A stretch of 64,000 bases of DNA from Eledone cirrhosa (GCA_964016885.1 OZ024760.1:17918001-17982000), one strand, 5' to 3'. Counted from the first letter of the stretch, positions 44,008 through 58,648 are shown. The notes: generated by a model from the letters alone, not told the origin. Numbers and translations are program-made.

Positions 44008-44735
44008 AGGTGGTGAATTGGTAGAGTTGTTAGAACGTCGGATAGAATGGCAGTCGTTAGAACGTCAGATAGAATGACAGTCGTTAGAACGTCAGATAGA
44101 ATGGCAGTCGTCAGAACGTCAGATAGAATGACAGTCGTTAGAACGTCAGATAGAATGGCAGTCGTCAGAACGTCAGATAGAATGACAGTCGTTAGAACGT
44201 CAGATAGAATGACAGTCGTTAGAACGTCAGATAGAATGACAGTCGTTAGAACGTCAGATAGAATGGCAGTCGTCAGAACGTCAGATAGAATGACAGTCGT
44301 TAGAACGTCAGATAGAATGACAGTCGTTAGAACGTCAGATAGAATGACAGTCGTTAGAACGTCAGATAGAATGGCAGTCGTCAGAACGTCAGATAGAATG
44401 ACAGTCGTTAGAACGTCAGATAGAATGACAGTCGTTAGAACGTCAGATAGAATGACAGTCGTTAGAACGTCAGATAGAATGGCAGTCGTCAGAACGTCAG
44501 ATAGAATGACAGTCGTTAGAACGTCAGATAGAATGACAGTCGTTAGAACGTCAGATAGAATGACAGTCGTTAGAACGTCAGATAGAATGGCAGTCGTCAG
44601 AACGTCAGATAGAATGCTTTATGGTATTCATTCCGGCTCTCTCCTCTCTGAGTTTAAATCCCGCCGAGGTCAACTTTGCCTTTCATCCTTTCGAGGTCGA
44701 TAAAAAAAGTACCAGTCTTGTACTGAGGTCGATTC
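44008..44735 (+). mobile_element. S2 SINE carrying an internal 27-bp tandem expansion (21 units, 44047-44613)
   Basis: SINE head GGTGGTGAATTGG, then the array, then ATGCTTT...GAGTTTAAATCCCGCCGAGGTCAACTTTGCCTTTCATCC. Confidence 0.9.
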
Positions 44736-44849
44736 TTCCTTTATGTATATCTCTTTCTCACTTCCTCTCTCTCTCACTTTCTATCCTTCTCTGGAAGAAA
44801 TCTCTATATATAAATGTGTGTGTGTATATATATTTCGCTATATGTCTCT

Positions 44850-45000
44850 CCACCACTCCCCTACACACCTTTTGAACTCTCACCTGAAGAAGGGCTTATG
44901 CCCGAAACGTCGTCCCCCACCTACCCCCCACTCTCCTGAGCGTGAATTAATAAACATTTATCGTACTGCCTCTCTGTTCTGTCCCTGTTCAATTTTTCAT

Positions 45001-45001
<1 letters not shown>
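44850..45001 (+). mobile_element. Family C element with minimal hammerhead, AATAAA and tail ending in (TA)n
   Basis: CTGAAGAAGGGCTTATGCCCGAAACGTC at 44884-44911. Confidence 0.82.
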
Positions 45002-45033
<32 letters not shown>

Positions 45034-45071
45034 TATATATATATAATATATATATTATATATATATATATT

Positions 45072-45240
45072 GCAAGGGCCGTACTGCCAATAAAGTATGC
45101 CGCTGGTGCGTATATTTTTATTGACAGCATGACTCTCCGAAACATATATCAATATCTGCTTGAACACACGATTTCCCGTCAAGAACCGGAATATATGTAA
45201 GCAAGATATTTATAATAAATTTACAAACATTATATTCCTT
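45072..45240 (+). mobile_element. 5'-truncated HHR-type insert
   Basis: Stem CTGCCAATAAA/TTTATTGACAG followed by GAAA-CATATA-TC; core lost at the TA junction. Confidence 0.45.
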
Positions 45241-45534
45241 GTTCCAGCCTATTTCAGTTCTTTCCGTTTCGCTGCTGATACAAAACATTTAAATCTCTCA
45301 AACTCATCGAAATCCAAATCTAAATCTCTCCATCTTGATTTTACCAAATCACGTGACGTTTTTTTTGTTCTTTGCTTTTTAATATACTTTGCATTTCTTC
45401 TTCTTCTTCTTCTTCTTCTTCTTCTTCTTCTTCTTCTTCTTCTTCTTCTTCTTCTTCTTCTTCTTCTTCTTCTTCTTCTTCTTCTTCCAATATTCATATT
45501 AATCGAAAATTTGGAAAATCGTTTATGATAGCAC

Positions 45535-45590
<56 letters not shown>

Positions 45591-46071
45591 AATACATACA
45601 GATATATATATGTTTCCACAAACTGGCACTCACACCCGTTCACTCACCGACACACACTAAGAGAAGCATATGTTCACACACACACACACACACACACACA
45701 CAAATATTCACACACACACACACATATGTTCACAGACACACATGTTAACACATACAGCCACACACGCTCTTATGTTCACACATACAGCCACACACGCACA
45801 TATGTTCACATACACACATGTTCACACATACAGCCACACGCCCTCTTATGCTCACACATACAGCCACACACGCACATATGTTCACACACACACTTATGTT
45901 CACACGCACACACACACACAGCCACACACATATGTTCACACACACACACAGCCACACACACACACAGTCGGAAGTGTGAAACCTGATGGCTGAAAGTTTC
46001 AGCTGTCAATAAAACAGAAGTACTTTGTGTATTGAGTAATGCTCACCTTTTGTAAACAGAAACTGCAACTG

Positions 46072-46724
<653 letters not shown>

Positions 46725-47524
46725 AATACATAAATATATAAATACATAAACAGTGAAACGATGTCGATTGCTTTTCTCTGGTTTGAGTTTTTTTATATTT
46801 GGATTTCTTCTTATATAAAAATATTGATTTTCTCCGAAGTTGTCTTTTTAATAGTTTCAACACGACTCTTCCTTTTACCTCTCCACTCAAGCAGAAATGT
46901 TTATTTTTCAGTTTGCCTTTTCCATTCCAGGTAGACAGGATACAAATATTCTGTTAATGATTTGGTTTTGCTGCTTTTTTTTCTAAAAAAAAACAACTTT
47001 TATTCAAAAATATACCTCTCGACATTCTATTAAAACTACATAATCGATTAAAATCCCAGTTATAAATATACCTTACCAATTTAGAGCTGACGAGAAAACA
47101 TTTTTAAATGGCGGTCAATTAAATATGGTTGAAAATTGAAGATGGATGTAAATTGAAGATGCCAGGAAATGAAATTAAATCAGTCAATCTATGAAACATT
47201 TACAGTGTTAAAATAAAAACCAAGTAGTTTATTTCTTGTACTTTCCATAAATATTCATTTCCCAGAAATAACATTGTGGTATTATAAATGTGCAGTGATG
47301 AGATGATGACAAGTGGAATAACTCTCATATATCGTCTGCTAATATAAATTGAGGTTTGTAAAGAAAATAGTTTAAAAAAACAAGAAGACTGAAACCAGAT
47401 TTTATCGGTTTACGCATTAAATTTGTAATTAATGTCTTGAAAAGATTTTACTTTTAAAAAGAAAATAAAACTATATTTTAATCATTTGTAAATAAACAGT
47501 GAAGCGAAGAATCTGTAGAAATGT

Positions 47525-47704
47525 TTAGAAAATGTAGAAAATATTGAACGCTGGATAATAGCTGTGAACACAGCTTAGAAAATCGGGTAAAATACCCCTA
47601 TAGACGCCTAGCCACTTCTTTCCGTTTATATGGGTGTTTTACCCGATTTTATAAGCTGTGTACACAACTATTTTCCTGCGTTCGAGATTTTATACATTTT
47701 CCAA
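47525..47704. mobile_element. Foldback / MITE-like palindrome
   Basis: ~80-bp imperfect inverted arms (AAAATCGGGTAAAA / TTTTACCCGATTTT) with a ~16-nt spacer. Confidence 0.75.
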
Positions 47705-48460
47705 GTATATTTTAATCAACACCGCCGCGCTCAAGGCCCAGAGCCCATAACCCTCTCACACCTCCTTTACTTCTGTGGCCTATATACATATATATATATA
47801 CATACATACATGGTGGCTGCCAACTCGTTTTCGAGTACGGCCATTACTTTATATCCATGTAGGAGAACCCCTACCGATGCGCTGAACAAGAGTGACTTTT
47901 TAGTCCAGCCAGCGACTTGAAAACTCTGGTACAAACACTACACTTGTGACAATTATTGACACATAGTGCTGGGCCCATGGTACCATGTGACGACAAGTGC
48001 AGAGAGATCTCCAGATATAAAGCAATGTCTGTGCCGTGAAGCTTTTATAGTGAGCAAAGGCACTGCACAAAGCCAGTCCCACTCTCTTAACCAAGATGAT
48101 ATTTACCAAAAAGAAGAACAAGTCAACATCATTGGATACCATCAGGGTTGCAGGTGTTATATCAGAGTGTTCCTTCTCCTAGAATTCTGCCTTGATAAAG
48201 GCTAAGAGGTCATCTTTCCCGGTGATTTTGGATGGCCATTGACTCTTAAGAGCTCCTTTGCCCTTTGACAGGTTTTGTTTTTAGTCCTGCAGGATGTCCA
48301 AAGTCACCCTCCTCAACAAGAAACCTTGGCGGGGTTGCCAGTTTAGTCGCCAACGACCCGACCATGAGATAAGTTGTACTGGGATACATGTTACCAGTAG
48401 CACCAACTGGTGACCTGACATACATACATACATACATACATACATACATACATACATACA

Positions 48461-48492
<32 letters not shown>

Positions 48493-48690
48493 CGTTTATC
48501 CCGGGTTCAATCGGGGGGTAACCACAGTAAGTAAGGTACTCAATACATAGCAGAGTATAAATATTTAATATGGAAATGGCTTTTACAGGACTAGAAATGT
48601 TTCATTCGGAAGAAATTGTCAGGAAGCTCTGATGATTTGTCCCGAATGAAACAGTTCTAGTCCTGTAGAAGCCATTTCTATATTAAATAT
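48493..48690 (-). mobile_element. Family E element: long tail (-) plus short end (+)
   Basis: Plus arm CTGATGA-TTTGTCCCGAAT-GAAA-CAG TTCTAGTC CTG-TA-GAAGCC (48629-48673); inverted copy at about 48560-48623. Confidence 0.87.
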
Positions 48691-48700
48691 GTATATATAT

Positions 48701-48875
48701 ATTTCTGAGGACGGCATGTAAATGTGAAGGTATGTATATTTGCTCTGATAATTTGTAATATTTTTACATAGATCTATATGATATAAATACCAACACACAT
48801 ATACATCCCGTAAAATGATGAATTTTTTAATATAAGGCACTTGTTCTTTGTTTTTATTACATTGTTTTTATTAAT
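48701..48875 (+). mobile_element. Family H copy (GAAA and stem III deleted)
   Basis: Aligns to the reverse complement of 28550-28737; starts ATTTCTGAGGA. Confidence 0.8.
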
Positions 48876-48902
48876 TTATATATATATATATATTTATATA
48901 TT

Positions 48903-48933
<31 letters not shown>

Positions 48934-49068
48934 TTATATATATATATTTTTATATATAAATATATATATATAAATATATATATATATTTATATATTTATA
49001 TATATTTATATATATATATTTATATATATATATTTTTATATATATATATTTATATATATATATTTATA

Positions 49069-49113
<45 letters not shown>

Positions 49114-49338
49114 TTTATATTTATATATATATATATTTATATATATTTAATTTATATTTATATATATATATTTATATATATATATATATTTATAGATATA
49201 TATATTTATATTTATAGATATATATATTTATATATATATATATTTATAGATATATATATATATATTTATATATATATATATTTATATATATATATATTTA
49301 TATATTTATATATATATATATTTATATATATATATATT

Positions 49339-49372
<34 letters not shown>

Positions 49373-49615
49373 TATGTAGATTTATGTAGATTATGTAGAT
49401 ATTTATTAGAAAGTGAGGTTTTTTTTACAAAATGAAAAATAACCGAGGTGTCCTACACGAGTGAAAGTATAGAGAAAAAAAGATGAAATCGAAAATGCAA
49501 CTGGAGTCTTATTTTTTTTTTAAATATATATATTTATTTGGTTCCTTTACCTGTTTCGCAGTTCTTCTGCTTTTCAAAAGTAGAGTTGAGATGGAGGATC
49601 TGTGGTTTTTCTCAC

Positions 49616-49656
<41 letters not shown>

Positions 49657-49662
49657 TATATT

Positions 49663-49693
<31 letters not shown>

Positions 49694-49697
49694 ATAT

Positions 49698-49747
<50 letters not shown>

Positions 49748-49748
49748 A

Positions 49749-49824
<76 letters not shown>

Positions 49825-49914
49825 TTTATATATATATATATTTATATATATATATTTTTGTATATATATTTATATATATATTTATATATATATTTATATA
49901 TATATATATTTATT

Positions 49915-49946
<32 letters not shown>

Positions 49947-49986
49947 TAGATATATATATATATATATTTCTGTATATATATATATT

Positions 49987-50020
<34 letters not shown>

Positions 50021-50092
50021 TATATATTTATATATATATATATTTATATATATATATATTTATATATATATATATTTATATATATATATATT

Positions 50093-50130
<38 letters not shown>

Positions 50131-50296
50131 TATATATATATTTAAATTTATATATATATTTATATATATATTTATATATATATATATTTATTTATATATA
50201 TATTTATTTATATATATATTTATTTATATATATATTTATATATATATATATTTATATATATATATATATATATTTATATACATATATATATATATA
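48875..50296. repeat. TA/TTTA microsatellite tracts
   Basis: Direct inspection; unique interruption at about 49380-49615. Confidence 0.9.
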
Positions 50297-50397
50297 ATGA
50301 TGCACACTTACTTAACTACTTTTTAGCAGAATTATATTTTATCGAGTTCCCTCGTGAGTCCATCCTTGAGGTATGTGAGTCACGTGAGAGGTGTGGA

Positions 50398-50450
<53 letters not shown>

Positions 50451-50857
50451 CACACATATATATATATATACACATACATACATATATATATATATAAATA
50501 CAGTATACTGCGTGCTCTTACAAACGGCGGCCCGATCAGGGGTAATATCTGTGGAAACGATAAGATTTGAAAGCAACACCATCAAAGCACTCAATGACCT
50601 CGGCATAGAAGGCTATTCCATAAACTATTTGTAACGACAACAACAACAACAGCAATAACAACAACACAAACACCTTAAACATTTCCTCTTAAACCATTCA
50701 GTAAGTTCTGTTTCAGGAACATCAAACATATGTCTTGAACCTAAACACTTTCATATTTGTAGGTCTGTGAAGGAAGCGTGGTCTGTTTATCACTAAGTGT
50801 GTATATATGTGTGTGTGTATATATATATGTAAACATAACATCTTTCTTAATGTTACT

Positions 50858-50924
<67 letters not shown>

Positions 50925-51001
50925 TAAAACTATCCACAACGCAGAGTACTCACAACCTCTAAACTGGATTACCTATAACGATAACTTGTTACCCCATATA
51001 C

Positions 51002-51052
<51 letters not shown>

Positions 51053-51064
51053 CATATATATATA

Positions 51065-51100
<36 letters not shown>

Positions 51101-51224
51101 TATATATATATACACACATATTTATATATATGTGTGTGTGTGTATATATACATATATGCATATCTATCTATATATATGCATATATGTGTGTGTATATGTA
51201 AATATATATATATATATATATATG

Positions 51225-51286
<62 letters not shown>

Positions 51287-51354
51287 CATATATATATATA
51301 TTATTCATGTATACATGTGTTTGCGTGGTGTGTGTATGAGTGTGTCAATGTGTG

Positions 51355-51392
<38 letters not shown>

Positions 51393-51689
51393 TGTGTGTC
51401 TATACGTTATAATATGTTCGTCCACCACCACCACCACCACCACCCACCCACCCTTCTCCCTATTACACCACACCTTCCCATCATTTACCGTTCTGATTGC
51501 GAAAATATGACCAACCGCCAAACGGACAGGTGGGCTTGAAATACTAAATAAACACCGTTACTCGAGACCTTTCTTGCAAACGTCTCTCGCATCTTACATC
51601 CTGTCAGCTGTTCTTTAAACCGTCCCCGCCGCCGCTATATTGCATTTACAAACATACATATACCCCCCCTCTCTCTCTCTCTCTATCTA

Positions 51690-51730
<41 letters not shown>

Positions 51731-51737
51731 CTCTCTT

Positions 51738-51768
<31 letters not shown>

Positions 51769-52439
51769 CTATCTCTTTCATTTCTCACTTCCATCTTTCT
51801 CTTTGTCTCTCATTCTTCCCTTCTCTTTTCTCTCAAATGTTCTCTAGCCCTGGCCACACTGCCCTCACACACACACACACACAAACACATACACACGCAC
51901 GTACACACACACACATATCTATTATATATATACACTCTCTCTGTCCCTCCCTATATATAGCCATCTCTCTATCTCTAGCTCTATCTCTGCCTAACTCTCT
52001 CGCTCTTTTCTTACTTTCTCTCTAAATATGAAGAACTTTTGTAAAAAAAAAAAAAAAAAAAAAAAATCTAAATTATTGAATAATGTTACATGAAATAAAC
52101 CGTCCAACAAAACAGGAATGTCGTGGTTGGAATGTCTTTGATCTGACCTCCAGCGAGGTTACATAGAGACGAACTGATCTTCAATAAAGCCACCCTGAAT
52201 TTAATTGACCTCCAGCGAGTTTACATAGAAATGAACAGACCTCAAGTGTGGCCTCACTGAACTTATCTGACCCCCAATGAAGTTACATAGAGACTAACAG
52301 ACTAGAAGTGTGGCCACATTTAAAAATAATATTATCTCGATAAACCTCAGTTATTTTAGGAAATATAATTACAAAGTAAATATAATTGGGTATTATTCTG
52401 TGAATTGAAATCAGCAGAAATATATTCCAATATGAAGGT

Positions 52440-53035
52440 TTGAGGACACACTCAGTTTTTGAGAAAGTCACAGTCTTTGAGAAGGACATACTCAGATTTT
52501 CAAAAAGACATTACTTAAAAAAGCCGTACTCAGTCTTTCAGAAAGACCACACTTAGTTTTTGTGAAAGAGTACATCTGACCTTAAACCTAACTAAGACCA
52601 CAAATTGCCTGCTACTCCTTTCATCAGTTCTAAAAAGGTCTACAAGCAACTACATTTGCTCTCAGAGAAGACTATCAGAGACAGGCTTGAGAAAGTCACA
52701 TTTTTTGACAAGGACACACTCAATTTTTCAAAAGAACCACACTTAAAAAAGCCGTACTTAGTCTTTCAGAAGGACCTCACTTAAAAAAGCCGTACTTAGT
52801 CTTTCAGAAGGACCACACTTAAAAAAGCCGAGTCAGTCGTTCAGAAGGGCCGTACTCAGTCTTCCAGAAGGACCACACTTAATCTTTATGATGGACCTCA
52901 TCTGACCTTAAGCCTGGCTAAGACCACAAATTCCCTACTCCTCCCCTCATCAGTTCTAAAAAGGTCTACCACCAACTACACATGCTCTCAGACAGGCTAT
53001 CAGAGACAAAGCAGACAGACTATCAGACTATCAGA
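52440..53035. repeat. Local imperfect duplication with internal ~43-bp units
   Basis: ACTTAAAAAAGCCGTACTYAGTCTTTCAGAA repeated; CATCAGTTCTAAAAAGGTCTAC duplicated. Confidence 0.8.
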
Positions 53036-53364
53036 GACAAGCAGACAGGCAGGCAGCACGATAGCTTGATCAAATTATTGTTATATCTTCTGGAAAAAAC
53101 TTCTGTTTTGGTTTCTCAAAGAGTGTAAATATTTTCTTAAGCCGGTGTGTATGGGGTCGTTCGAATGTCTTTCATCTCAACACGCAACTTTGCTTCATTA
53201 ATCACCAACCGGAGACTATATTAACATTCCACTCCATGTTTCAGTTATTTAATCATTTTAGATAATTGTTCATTTATCGTAAATATTGTTGGCACAACAG
53301 TATAAATTTGTTCTCTGCTTTTCTTAGGTGATTTTTTCATTATTCGCTTTCTACGGCAGCTCCT

Positions 53365-53473
53365 GTTACTACTACTACTACTACTACCACTACTACTGCT
53401 GCTACTGCTGCTGCTGCTACTACTGCTGCTGCTGCTACTACTACTACTGCTGCTGCTACTACTACTAGTACTG

Positions 53474-53532
<59 letters not shown>

Positions 53533-53621
53533 GCTACTACTGCTGCTGCTGCTGCTGCTACTACTGCTGCTGCTGCTACTACTACTACTGCTGCTGCTAC
53601 TACTACTAGTACTGCTACTGT

Positions 53622-53688
<67 letters not shown>

Positions 53689-53705
53689 GCTGCTACTACT
53701 ACTGT

Positions 53706-53739
<34 letters not shown>

Positions 53740-53752
53740 ACTACTACTACTA
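53365..53752. repeat. (CTA/CTG)n trinucleotide tract
   Basis: Direct inspection. Confidence 0.95.
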
Positions 53753-53754
53753 AT

Positions 53755-53875
53755 GATTTCTAGTATAGGCACAAGGCCAGTAATTTGTGGGGAGGGTACA
53801 GTCGATAAGATCGATCCCAGTACATTACTGGTACTTTATTTTATCGACCCCGTAAGGAGGCAAGGCAAAGTTAAT
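53755..53875 (-). mobile_element. S2 SINE fragment
   Basis: AGGCACAAGGCCAG...ATCGACCCCGTAAGG...GGCAAAGTTAA. Confidence 0.85.
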
Positions 53876-53929
53876 GGATGTTATCCAACCATCTTGCTGG
53901 AGGTCTACACCCGGGTGAATTTGAGGAGG

Positions 53930-54186
53930 AGAGGGGTGCCCTTCCTAGGTGCCCTTCCTAGGTGCTCTCGAAGCGTTGGGTCGTTCAGGATTGGTGGGGT
54001 ACCTGAGTGAACCCTGGGTTGTCATCCCCTCTATTGGGGAATTTTTCTTGTTGTATTTTTCTTGTTATTTTGTTATTGTTACTTATATTGTTTACACGTT
54101 GTATATGTAAACCCCCGCTGTCCCTTTCTTTGGTATTGTCATCTATATGTCGGCCCTTGTGGCCAATAAATGAAACTATTATTAGT
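53930..54186 (+). mobile_element. Tx1/L1-type LINE 3' UTR
   Basis: CCCCTCTATTGG...CCCTTGTGGCCAATAAA plus (TTA)n, matching 4450-4632. Confidence 0.65.
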
Positions 54187-54274
54187 TTCTTCATTTGCAT
54201 CCTTCCCTCCCACTGCACCCTCCTCCACCTCTTACACCACCCCTCTCTTCCCTCAATTTCCACCGCTCCCCCGC

Positions 54275-54678
54275 TTTAATCGACTTTCCCCTCCACACCC
54301 TAAATTGCTGTCCTAGTGCACTAAATCAGAAACCCTTATTTTCATTGATCTGAGTTCAAATCCCGCCGAGGTTAACTTTGCCTTTCATCCTTACGGGGGT
54401 CGATAAAATAAAGTACCAGTAATGCACTGGGTAATTGCTGGCCTTGTGCCAAAAGTAGAAACAATTATTTATAGGTTAACTTTGCCTTTCATCCTTACGG
54501 GGGTTGATAAAATAAAGTACCAGTAATACACTGGGTAATTGCTGGCCTTGTGCCAAAAGTAGAAATAATTATTTATAGGTTAACTTTGCCTTTCATCCTT
54601 ACGGGGGTTGATAAAATAAAGTACCAGTAATACACTGGGTAATTGCTGGCCTTGTGCCAAAAGTAGAAATAATTATTT
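54275..54678 (+). mobile_element. S2 SINE with tandem triplication of its 3' half
   Basis: AGGTTAACTTTGCC...CCAAAAGTAGAAA three times, ~104-bp period. Confidence 0.9.
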
Positions 54679-54954
54679 TCATTGATCTTCTTCCTTCTAA
54701 ACCCGATAACCTCATTAAGTGCGGCCCTCAAGGGATCTAAACTTACCCAATCTGATGCAGTTTAAAGACACACCTCAGTAAGTCCTTCCTATGGTACCAC
54801 ACCTTTTACAGACCAAAGAAACAACGAGGCCCCAGTTCCTCACTTAGATTCCTCCTAAATTGATTTGCCATCTCATCTCCTCAATGCACTCAACTGCCTA
54901 ACATACACTCACTTTTATTAGATGTACTCAGATCTAGAATGAACTGATAATTAC

Positions 54955-54976
54955 CATCATCATCATCATCATCATC

Positions 54977-55012
<36 letters not shown>

Positions 55013-55176
55013 GGTAGTAGCAGTAGTAGTAGTATCGGTGGTAGTAGAAGTAGTAGTATCGGTAGTAGTAGTAGTAGTAGTAGTAGTAGCAGTAGTAGTA
55101 GTAGTGGCGGTGGTGGTAGTAGCAGTAGTAGTAGTATCGGTGGTAGTAGAAGTAGTAGTATCGGTAGTAGTAGTAA

Positions 55177-55208
<32 letters not shown>

Positions 55209-55211
55209 TCG

Positions 55212-55247
<36 letters not shown>

Positions 55248-55388
55248 TTGGTAGTAGTAGTAGTAGTAGTAGTATTGGTAGTAGTAGTAGTATTGGTAGT
55301 AGTAGTAGTAGTGGTAGTAGTAGTAGTAGTATTGGTAGTAGTAGTAGTAGTATTGGTAGTAGTATTGGTAGTAGTAGTAGTAGTATTG

Positions 55389-55429
<41 letters not shown>

Positions 55430-55430
55430 C
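54955..55430. repeat. (TAG)n-dominated trinucleotide tract
   Basis: Direct inspection. Confidence 0.95.
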
Positions 55431-55589
55431 CCTCATGGATGATAAACCTATTTTTTTGTTGTCCTGATTTTAATCTAAGTGATATTATCAACAGATGTTT
55501 GAACCGGCAAAAAACAAAACTGATACACTTATACTAACATTCGGCAAAAATCAAACCTTTTTTTCTTCTTATTCTTATTATTTTTCTTC

Positions 55590-56340
55590 ACCCACTTATT
55601 TCTGGGAGGTGTCGTGGGGGCACAGTCCTCAAACACTCCTTCCAGTGGGTCCTGTCAGAAGCAACCGTCTCCAATTGATCCGACTGGATCCCCAAGCGAG
55701 ACCAGCTAAGCTCATGGACGTTATCTAACCATCTTGCTCGGGGTCTACCCCTGGGGCTCAGCCAGTTGGTTTTGCCCGTAAAATATGTCCATCGATCATC
55801 TTCTTCTTCTTCGCTTACTTATTTCAATAGGGTCGTAGGGGCCGAATCCTCAAGTACTCTTTCCAGCAGGTCCTGTCAGAAGCAAAAGTCTCCAACTGAT
55901 CGGGCTGGATCCCCAAGCGAGACCAAGCCAAGCTCATGGATATTATCTAACCATCTTGCTCGGGGGGTCTAGCCCTGGGTTTCGTGCCGGTTGGTTTTAT
56001 CCGTAAATCTGTCCAGAGATTCTTTCCTGAGACATTCTAACCACATGCCTATAGTATAGGAGCTGTGGTCTCCCAATGCGTTACAAGACTCTGTTTTTGA
56101 ATTACTGGTAGACTCTTTTTTTCTTCTTCGCCTACTTGCCCATGAAGGGGATGTGGGTGCCTAGTCCTCAACCACTCCTTCCAGCAGGTCCTGTCAGAAG
56201 CAATCGTCTCCAGCTGATCTGGCTGAATCTCCAAGCGAGGACCTGCCAAGCTCATGGATGTTATCTTGCTCGGGATTTACCCATGAGTCTCCTGCGGCTG
56301 GTTTTCTCCGTAAAATCTGTCCAGCGATTCTTCCCCGATA
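55590..56340 (-). mobile_element. Three consecutive RTE LINE 3' fragments
   Basis: GTCCTGTCAGAAGCAA...AAGCTCATGGA at about 55650, 55870 and 56190; same family as 10152-10495. Confidence 0.85.
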
Positions 56341-56638
56341 TATTTACTATACTAACATTTAGTTACCATATTTCTAATCAAAGACACTGTACTTTATGTT
56401 ATTCATAAATAATCATGAATTTGAAAGGATTTAGTAATCATAACTAACTTTCCATTTGGTGTTTGTCCTATGCCTGCGTTCTATCCCCAGCTTTGCAAGT
56501 TGCCTTCCCCATTATATTTATTGTCACTTATCCTTCTAATACCAAGAATAAGTCTGAACAAGTTTTTAATTTAATAGAAAATTATATAAGAGATAAACAA
56601 TATTTATCTGAAATTTTTTTATCTGAAAAGCGAAAACT

Positions 56639-56860
56639 TCAAAAATTCACAAGTCCACTTTTGTAACCAGGATCGTCCTTCCACGTTGAAGGGTCTTTGT
56701 CGAGGAAATCGGTGTTGATAGGAAATCTTGCGAAGAAGGTTTTTGTGCCAGGAGTTAGAAAAGACGAAAACTCGATGTTTGTAAAGTCATTTTGGTGCAG
56801 AATGTAGCTCTTCATTTGACTTTTTCGTCTTCCCCTTCTTCACCTTTGTCTGCTTCCAGC
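56639..56860 (-). pseudogene. Possible DNA-transposase C-terminal fragment (hAT-like)
   Basis: Minus frame FLTPGTKTFFARFPINTDFLDKDPSTWKDDPGY resembles an FL..DP..W.....Y motif I associate with a hAT-related transposase group; recalled similarity only. Confidence 0.4.
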
Positions 56861-56884
56861 ATAACTTGAACAATATTTGCCTTA

Positions 56885-57516
56885 ACCTCTCCTTGCTCTC
56901 CTTTTCTCATTGTTCTCCTTGCTTCTCCTTTTCTCCGTCCTCTCCTTGCTCTCCTTTTCTCCGTCCTCTCCTTGCTCTCCTTTTATCCTTGCTCTCCGTG
57001 TATCCCTGCTCTCCCTTTCCCCTCGCTCTCCCTTTCTCATTGTTCTCCTTGCTCTCCTTGCTCTCCTTGCTCTCCTTGCTCTCCTTGCTCTCCTTGCTTT
57101 TCTTTTCTCATTGCCTTTCTTGCTCTTCTTTTCTCATTGCTCTCCTTGCTCTCCTATTCTCATTGCACTCCTTTTCTCATTGCACTCCTTGCTCTCCCTT
57201 TCTCCTTGCTCTCCTTTTATCCTTGCTCTCCTTGTTCTCCTTTTCTCATTGCACTCCTTTCTCTCCTTGCTCTCCTTTTCTCATTGCACTCCTTGCTCTC
57301 CCCTTCTCCTTGCTCTCCTTTTATCCTTGCTCTCCTTGTTCTCCTTTTCTCATTGCACTCCTTTCTCTCCTTGCTCTCCTTTTCTCATTGCACTCCTTGC
57401 TCTCCCCTTCTCCTTGCTCTCCTTTTATCCTTGCTCTCCTTGTTCTCCTTTTCTCATTGCACTCCTTTCTCTCCTTGCTCTCCTTTTCTCATTGCACTCC
57501 TTGCTCTCCTTGCTCT

Positions 57517-57520
<4 letters not shown>
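56885..57520. repeat. CT-rich array (CTCCTTGCTC 10-mer) with a ~104-bp higher-order period
   Basis: TTATCCTTGC at 57217, 57321 and 57425. Confidence 0.88.
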
Positions 57521-57581
<61 letters not shown>

Positions 57582-57678
57582 TTTACATATATATATATAA
57601 AGTCATATATATGGTTAATTATGCTAATTGGGAGAGGAAACGGTATATATTTTATCTGGTGATTCTATAGACATGTTT

Positions 57679-57739
<61 letters not shown>

Positions 57740-57802
57740 TGAAGGAAACACGAACCGAACGAACAAACAAGAGGATGTAATAACAAAAGTTTAACAGTTT
57801 CA

Positions 57803-57911
<109 letters not shown>

Positions 57912-58434
57912 TGTATGTATGTATGTATGTATGTATGTATGTATGTATATTTTTGTTTCTCTAAATTCAAAATAAACGTCCGGTATTGAAATAGCGTTTC
58001 TTCAAATATATATATATATGTGTGTGTGTGTATGTGTGTATGTGTGTGTGTGTGTGAGGTGCCCCAGCATGGCCTCAGCAGGTAAAAGAGTAAAAGAGTA
58101 TATATACATGATCTATCATTATATAAATCCTTTCAGTGTAATGTGATGCCAAACTAAAATTAGACGAACCAAGGAAGTTATGGCTTGCTTAGAAGTAAAC
58201 ACTTTAAGATGCTCAGAGAGAAGATCTGTCCAAAATATGAGGGACGCGTGTTGTGAGCCCCAGGAAGCCATATTGTTCTAGAAAGAACTGATATTTAACG
58301 ATAGAAATAATCCAGAAGATTGTATTAAGAACAAATATCTTGCTATTGGCTATTTTTATTTCGTTCTTATTTTATCTACATTGTTAGCGTGAGAGTAAAA
58401 GTTGGCTAGGTAATTTTGATTGGGTTAGGAAGAC

Positions 58435-58520
58435 ATGTCGTGGCTTAGTGGCTTAGTGGCTTAGTGGTTAAAGTGTCCTCCGGCTAACGATCACCAGTTT
58501 TAGGAGTTCGATTCCTGGCA
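58435..58520 (+). mobile_element. S1-like SINE head
   Basis: (GTGGCTTA)x3 GTGGTTAAAG and GGAGTTCGATTCCTGG. Confidence 0.7.
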
Positions 58521-58609
58521 ATGAATTGCTTTGTTTCATTCAAACAGTCGAAGGCAGAGAGAGAGATAGAGAGAGAGATAGAGAGAAGCAAAGAGACGGG
58601 GGGAGAAAG

Positions 58610-58648
<39 letters not shown>

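Noticed and set aside
44047-44703. 218-aa repeat protein (MTVVRTSDR)n
   Set aside because: A by-product of a 27-bp VNTR inside a SINE; its C-terminus is SINE body sequence.
47720-48420. Short ORFs in GC-richer sequence
   Set aside because: Multiple stops and no identifiable domain; likely an old interspersed repeat that I cannot classify.
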